Shown here in pieces: positions 60,000-63,961 of a stretch of 63,961 bases of DNA (positions are counted from its first letter, which is position 1; each line of letters begins with the position of its first letter). Origin of the DNA: Carcharhinus longimanus (Eukaryota); assembly GCA_030264375.1 (NCBI GenBank), contig JASCQW010000043.1:109702146-109766106 (forward strand). Direction: 5' to 3'. A program made the translations under genes and the position numbers. The notes beneath the pieces are model-generated. The model was given only the letters and a program-made list of their open reading frames with translations. It made no database searches and was not told the DNA's origin.

Positions 60000-60136
60000 G
60001 GATGGAATCTTATAGCCATTCACACCAGTGGGATTTTCTGGTCCCGCTGCAGAGAACGGAGATTTGGCTGTGTGCCAAATTCTCTGTCCTCGCTTGCAGC
60101 GGCAGCAAGGCATGAATGGCCAGTAAGATTGTGCCC
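60000..60136 (+). mobile_element. Palindromic MITE-like element about 160 nt upstream of the FN6-7 exon
   Basis: Left attatggatggaatcttatagccattca versus reverse complement of right attatgggcacaatcttactggccattca; central atttggctgtgtgccaaat. Confidence 0.75.
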
Positions 60137-60298
60137 ATAATAGGGAGGTAGTTCTCAGGGACCGCAGGTTTTTAGAGTTGGAGCATAACTCATTTTTGAA
60201 TTGACATCTACTCGAGATAAGTGTATCTTTCTTGCACACAAGTCTTATGGGGATATTAAGGAAATAATTCTAATTCCTGTCTTACTTTATTGTTACAG

Positions 60299-60994
60299 TT
60301 CCCGGGAAACCCAGACTTCTAGTTAGTCATACACAGATGAACACTGCTCTTATTCAGTGGCACTCTCCTGTAGAAACCTTTGGACCCATTCTGGGTTATC
60401 GGTTAAAGTTNNNNNNNNNNNNNNNNNNNNNNNNNNNNNNNNNNNNNNNNNNNNNNNNNNNNNNNNNNNNNNNNNNNNNNNNNNNNNNNNNNNNNNNNNN
60501 NNNNNNNNNNTTAAAGTTTGGACGCAAAGACTCTGAACCGCTAACGACGTTGGAATTTTCGGAGAAGGATGATCATTACACAGCCACTGACATCCATAGA
60601 GGCACCTCTTACGTCTTCAAACTCTCCTCAAAAAATAAAGTTGGCTTTGGGGAAGAGATTGTGAAAGAAATCGTAATCCCGGAAGAACGACCAAGTGGAT
60701 TTCCCCAAAACCCACACGCTGAAAGCTCCACAGCGTCAACTATTCAGCTGAGCTGGCAGCCACCAGTCTTAGCAGAACGGAATGGTTTTATCACGAAATA
60801 CAATGTATTGTACAGAGATATCAACAGCCCAAACAATCGAATAGAGCTCTCTGTTTTCTCTCCTGAGACAAGTCTGAAGCTCACCAACCTAAAACCAGAC
60901 ACCACTTATGATATCAAAGTGAGAGCTCATACAAGTAAAGGCCCTGGTCCATATAGTCCTAGTGTTCAATTCCGGACACTGCCACTGGATCCAG
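60299..60994 (+). CDS. PTPRD: Coding exon, FN3 repeats 6-7 ([21 protein letters not shown]...[10 protein letters not shown]), interrupted by an artefactual 100-N gap
   Basis: tttattgttacag|TT ... CCAG|gtagga. Removing the Ns plus the duplicated TTAAAGTT leaves 588 nt reading GYRLKFGRKD, as in PTPRD. Confidence 0.94.
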
Positions 60995-61366
60995 GTAGGA
61001 TTTGTCTATTTGTGTGCTCCTAGATGCAGGTGGGTGACGATATTAGGGAGTTGGGTCACAAGATTGTACAATAGATCTCACTGCTTTCTACCAACTTGAA
61101 AGGTAACGTTCTTGAGTCTTAATATACTTTGGGGTCTGAGCTCAAGTACATGCATACCGCTGAGACTGCACAAACCTGTATGACTCTCAAAGGTAAGTTT
61201 TAATCACAGAGATTTACAGAAATTTAGGTTGATAACAGGTTGTTCGAAATGCAGGTAGGAGAGGTGATTTATGCATATTTGAAATGGGCAAGAACACTGA
61301 TACGGGTCCAAGCAGAAAGTTAGAACGGTCCCATCTAAACTGTCGCTCTCCTTACTTTTTCAGCAG

Positions 61367-61464
61367 TGTTTGCAAAAAATTTTCATGTTAAAGCTGTTAT
61401 GAAGACATCGGTTTTGTTAACGTGGGAGATTCCTGAGAATTACAACACTGCCATTCCTTTCAAA
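61367..61464 (+). CDS. PTPRD: Coding exon, FN3 repeat 8 first part ([33 protein letters not shown]); alternative NAGNAG acceptor start at 61364
   Basis: ctttttcagcag|TG ... TTCAAA|gtgagt; 98 nt, phase 1-0. Absent from the ORF track. Confidence 0.94.
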
Positions 61465-63070
61465 GTGAGTTATTTTGCCTGTAAAATATTTCCTGTGGCA
61501 TATTTGATTATCTGGTAGAGTTTTTAATTATTAAAGATGATTTGCCACTCACATTCCTTTAAGATGGGGATGACCATCATGGATGTGATTGTAGAAATGC
61601 ATAACCGCACCAATTTCCACTGACCATTTCTCTAACATAGATATTGATCCACTCAAATAAATACTTGATGGACATTTGTGTCGAATAAATGGAAACAGTG
61701 GAGTAAGTCATCCACTATGATGAGTGCTTGTAAATACACTGTATAAAAAAGTAGACTGCATTGGGATACCTTTGAACTTGTATAATGTTTGAAATGATAC
61801 TTGAAATTTGTACATCTGATGTGTAATTTTACAAGATGTAAATTTTAAATATTTTGAATGGAATTTCCTGACTGACAATAATTTCAATCCTTTAATCTGC
61901 TGTTTGCATCATTGGGGCAAGTGTGAGATTATATTGTAGTAATTGGCAGATTCAGTAAATACAACCCCGCTTTTTTGGGGGGTTTCGCTGATGATTGTTA
62001 CTACTGAAGATTGAGCCAGGTACAAATTGGCATAGGGACAAACAGCTGAAAAAAGTCCACAGGTAGCTGAAGGAGAGCATGAGCAATTTGTTTAAGTGTG
62101 ACCCCTCTTTCTGCATTAACGTGCACGTGATCATCTACAGGGACCGACTTGTGCAAGATCTGCATGGGAACTTCTGCGTTGTGCACGGCTTAGAGAGAAC
62201 ATTGAGGGTGAGGAGATGGTGTTGTAGGGGTGAGATGGACTGGTAGAAGTTACAAAAAGCCAATGGAAAAGCAGCAGAAAAATGGGTCAGATTTAATGTT
62301 CCACTACAGGGGTCCTATCCACTAGATGGAGAAACAGTGCAAAACGTGCATCACTTCCTTGTGGGGGCCCAACAAAAATAATTTCATGTTAGGTACTTAA
62401 TTCATCAGCATCAGACCTTCCCCAGGATTTTGAAACTTGCTGGAGGAAATCCCATCTGCTGAGAGCTGCTGGTCAGACAATGACTGACAGCTGTCCATTG
62501 CCACTGAGCTGAGAAGCCAAAGGTGCTCCATGGACTTCACCAGGGATCCTCATTGGATGGCCTCTGGTGATTGAGGGAAGGATTGGGATCATGGTGGGGG
62601 CAGAGAGGGTGGATGTTAGAGACAAGGGCAGCCTCCCTTCTTTCCAAAGCTGGGTCTCTTAATTGGTCGCAAAGTACCTGACTATGAGGAGCCTCTTCCC
62701 CTCAACTTCCCACAAGGTTGCTGTAAACAAAATGGGGTTGCTCACTGGCCTTTGGGAAGCATGGGAAGGGGTAACTCCCATTTAATCCCTGAGCCACCAC
62801 CAAATTTTGATTGACTCGTGGATAAGTTGTGTCAGTTGTCTACTAATGAGCCTAATTGACATCCCACCATGAATGGGCGACTCTCTTGTATCGGTCCATT
62901 CCTGTCTCCGATTTAATCACAGGAGCTTTTCCGGCCCCAAGACTCTGAAAGGAAGCCTGTCCTTTCCAGTGGTTAAGTTGGCCTGGTCACCATGTTTCAA
63001 TCACAATTAAATTCCACCCATAAAGGAGAGGACAACTTGAAGGGAGTATTGAAGATGACACAAATGAATA

Positions 63071-63262
63071 ATAGAATTCCTACAGTACAGAAAGAGGCCA
63101 TTCAACCCATCGAGCCTGTACTGACAATCCCACCCAAGCCCTATCCTTGTAACCTCACATATTTATTCTGCTTATCTCCCTGATACCAAGTGTCAATTCA
63201 GCATGGCCACTCAACCTAACTTGTACATCTTTGGATTGTGGGAGGAAACTGGAGCAATCGGA
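63071..63262 (-). mobile_element. HE1-like V-SINE, 3' half
   Basis: atagaattcctacagtacagaaagaggccattcaacccatcgag ... catctttggattgtgggaggaaactggagca. Confidence 0.8.
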
Positions 63263-63408
63263 AAATAGCTGGAGATTGAATAAGCCACAGAGTATAAAGT
63301 TAAAATATTTTTAAAACAAAGAGAATGAAATCATTTTTAAAAACCTGTTTGTGTGGCGGTGCATAGAAGAGTGCAAGGCAAACAGGCTGAACGGGAGACA
63401 ATGACAAT

Positions 63409-63727
63409 GGGTGGCACAGTGGTTAGCAGTGCTGCCTCACAGTGCCAGTGACTCAGGTTCAATTCCGGCCTCGGGTCACTGTCAGATTGGAGTTTGCATA
63501 CTCTCTCCATATCTGTGTGGGTTTCCTCCGGGCACTCCAGTTTCTTCCCACAGTCCAAAGATGTGTGGGTTAGGTTGACTGGCCACGATAAATTGACTCT
63601 GGTGTCAGGGGATTAACAGGGTAAACATATGGGGTTACGGGAATAGGGCCTGGGTGGGATTGTGGTCAGTGCAGACTTGATGGCCAAATAGCCTCCTTCT
63701 GCACAGTAGGGATTCTATGATTCTATG
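63409..63727 (+). mobile_element. HE1-like V-SINE, full length
   Basis: Head, V core and tail gattctatgattctatg. Confidence 0.88.
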
Positions 63728-63961
63728 GCTGAAATAGAGGATCTGGAAATTGTAGGATATTTGAAACACTGACTAGCATTTTCCAGGATTATTGAAGGCG
63801 GGCTAGGAAGGGGACAGGGTGACAAAATGGGAATGAGAAAGTTTTTGCAGGGTTGTCTTTCCATTGTCATGCCATTATGGCTGTGAGGGCGGAGGGGTAA
63901 GCTGGCAGATATACCACCCACTGGCAGCCCAATTGAAACACTTAAGCAGCAAATTAAGGAC

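Noticed and set aside
4964-61464. Assignment to PTPRS or PTPRF instead of PTPRD
   Set aside because: [52 protein letters not shown] and [18 protein letters not shown] fit PTPRD as I recall it. A tree and synteny check would confirm.
195-63921. The many 60-150 aa six-frame ORFs outside the listed exons as independent genes
   Set aside because: They are SINE/LINE-derived, antisense shadows of exons, low-complexity or N-spanning, with no coherent domain or splice structure.

Overview
This is eukaryotic genomic DNA, not a prokaryotic or accessory region. It is an internal ~64 kb section, on the + strand, of a LAR-family (type IIa) receptor protein tyrosine phosphatase gene, best matching PTPRD. 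The host is most likely a shark or other elasmobranch, inferred from HE1/V-SINE-like and CR1/HER1-like repeats. I can read 14 coding exons with GT-AG boundaries and consistent phases, running from Ig2 to the start of FN3 repeat 8. They include three microexons that the ORF track misses or only catches by accident: meA3 (9 nt, ESF), meA6 (18 nt, GGTPIR) and meC (27 nt, WETDDSAEH). The expected 12-nt meB microexon (ELRE) is not in the called bases and most plausibly lies in the 156-N gap at 9699-9854. The introns hold many decayed SINEs, LINE fragments, palindromic MITE-like elements and a 26-bp minisatellite, except for a ~6.5 kb zone around the Ig2-Ig3 microexons where I recognise no repeats. 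Several 100-N gaps are assembly artefacts with duplicated flanks, one of them inside a coding exon. I found no convincing new biological system. The best leads concern splicing: the missing or alternative meB, a LINE insertion that places a stop codon and a perfect competing donor just behind the FN1-2 exon, and inverted elements bracketing that symmetric exon. Comparisons with human paralogues and repeat family names come from memory, not searches, and repeat boundaries are approximate.
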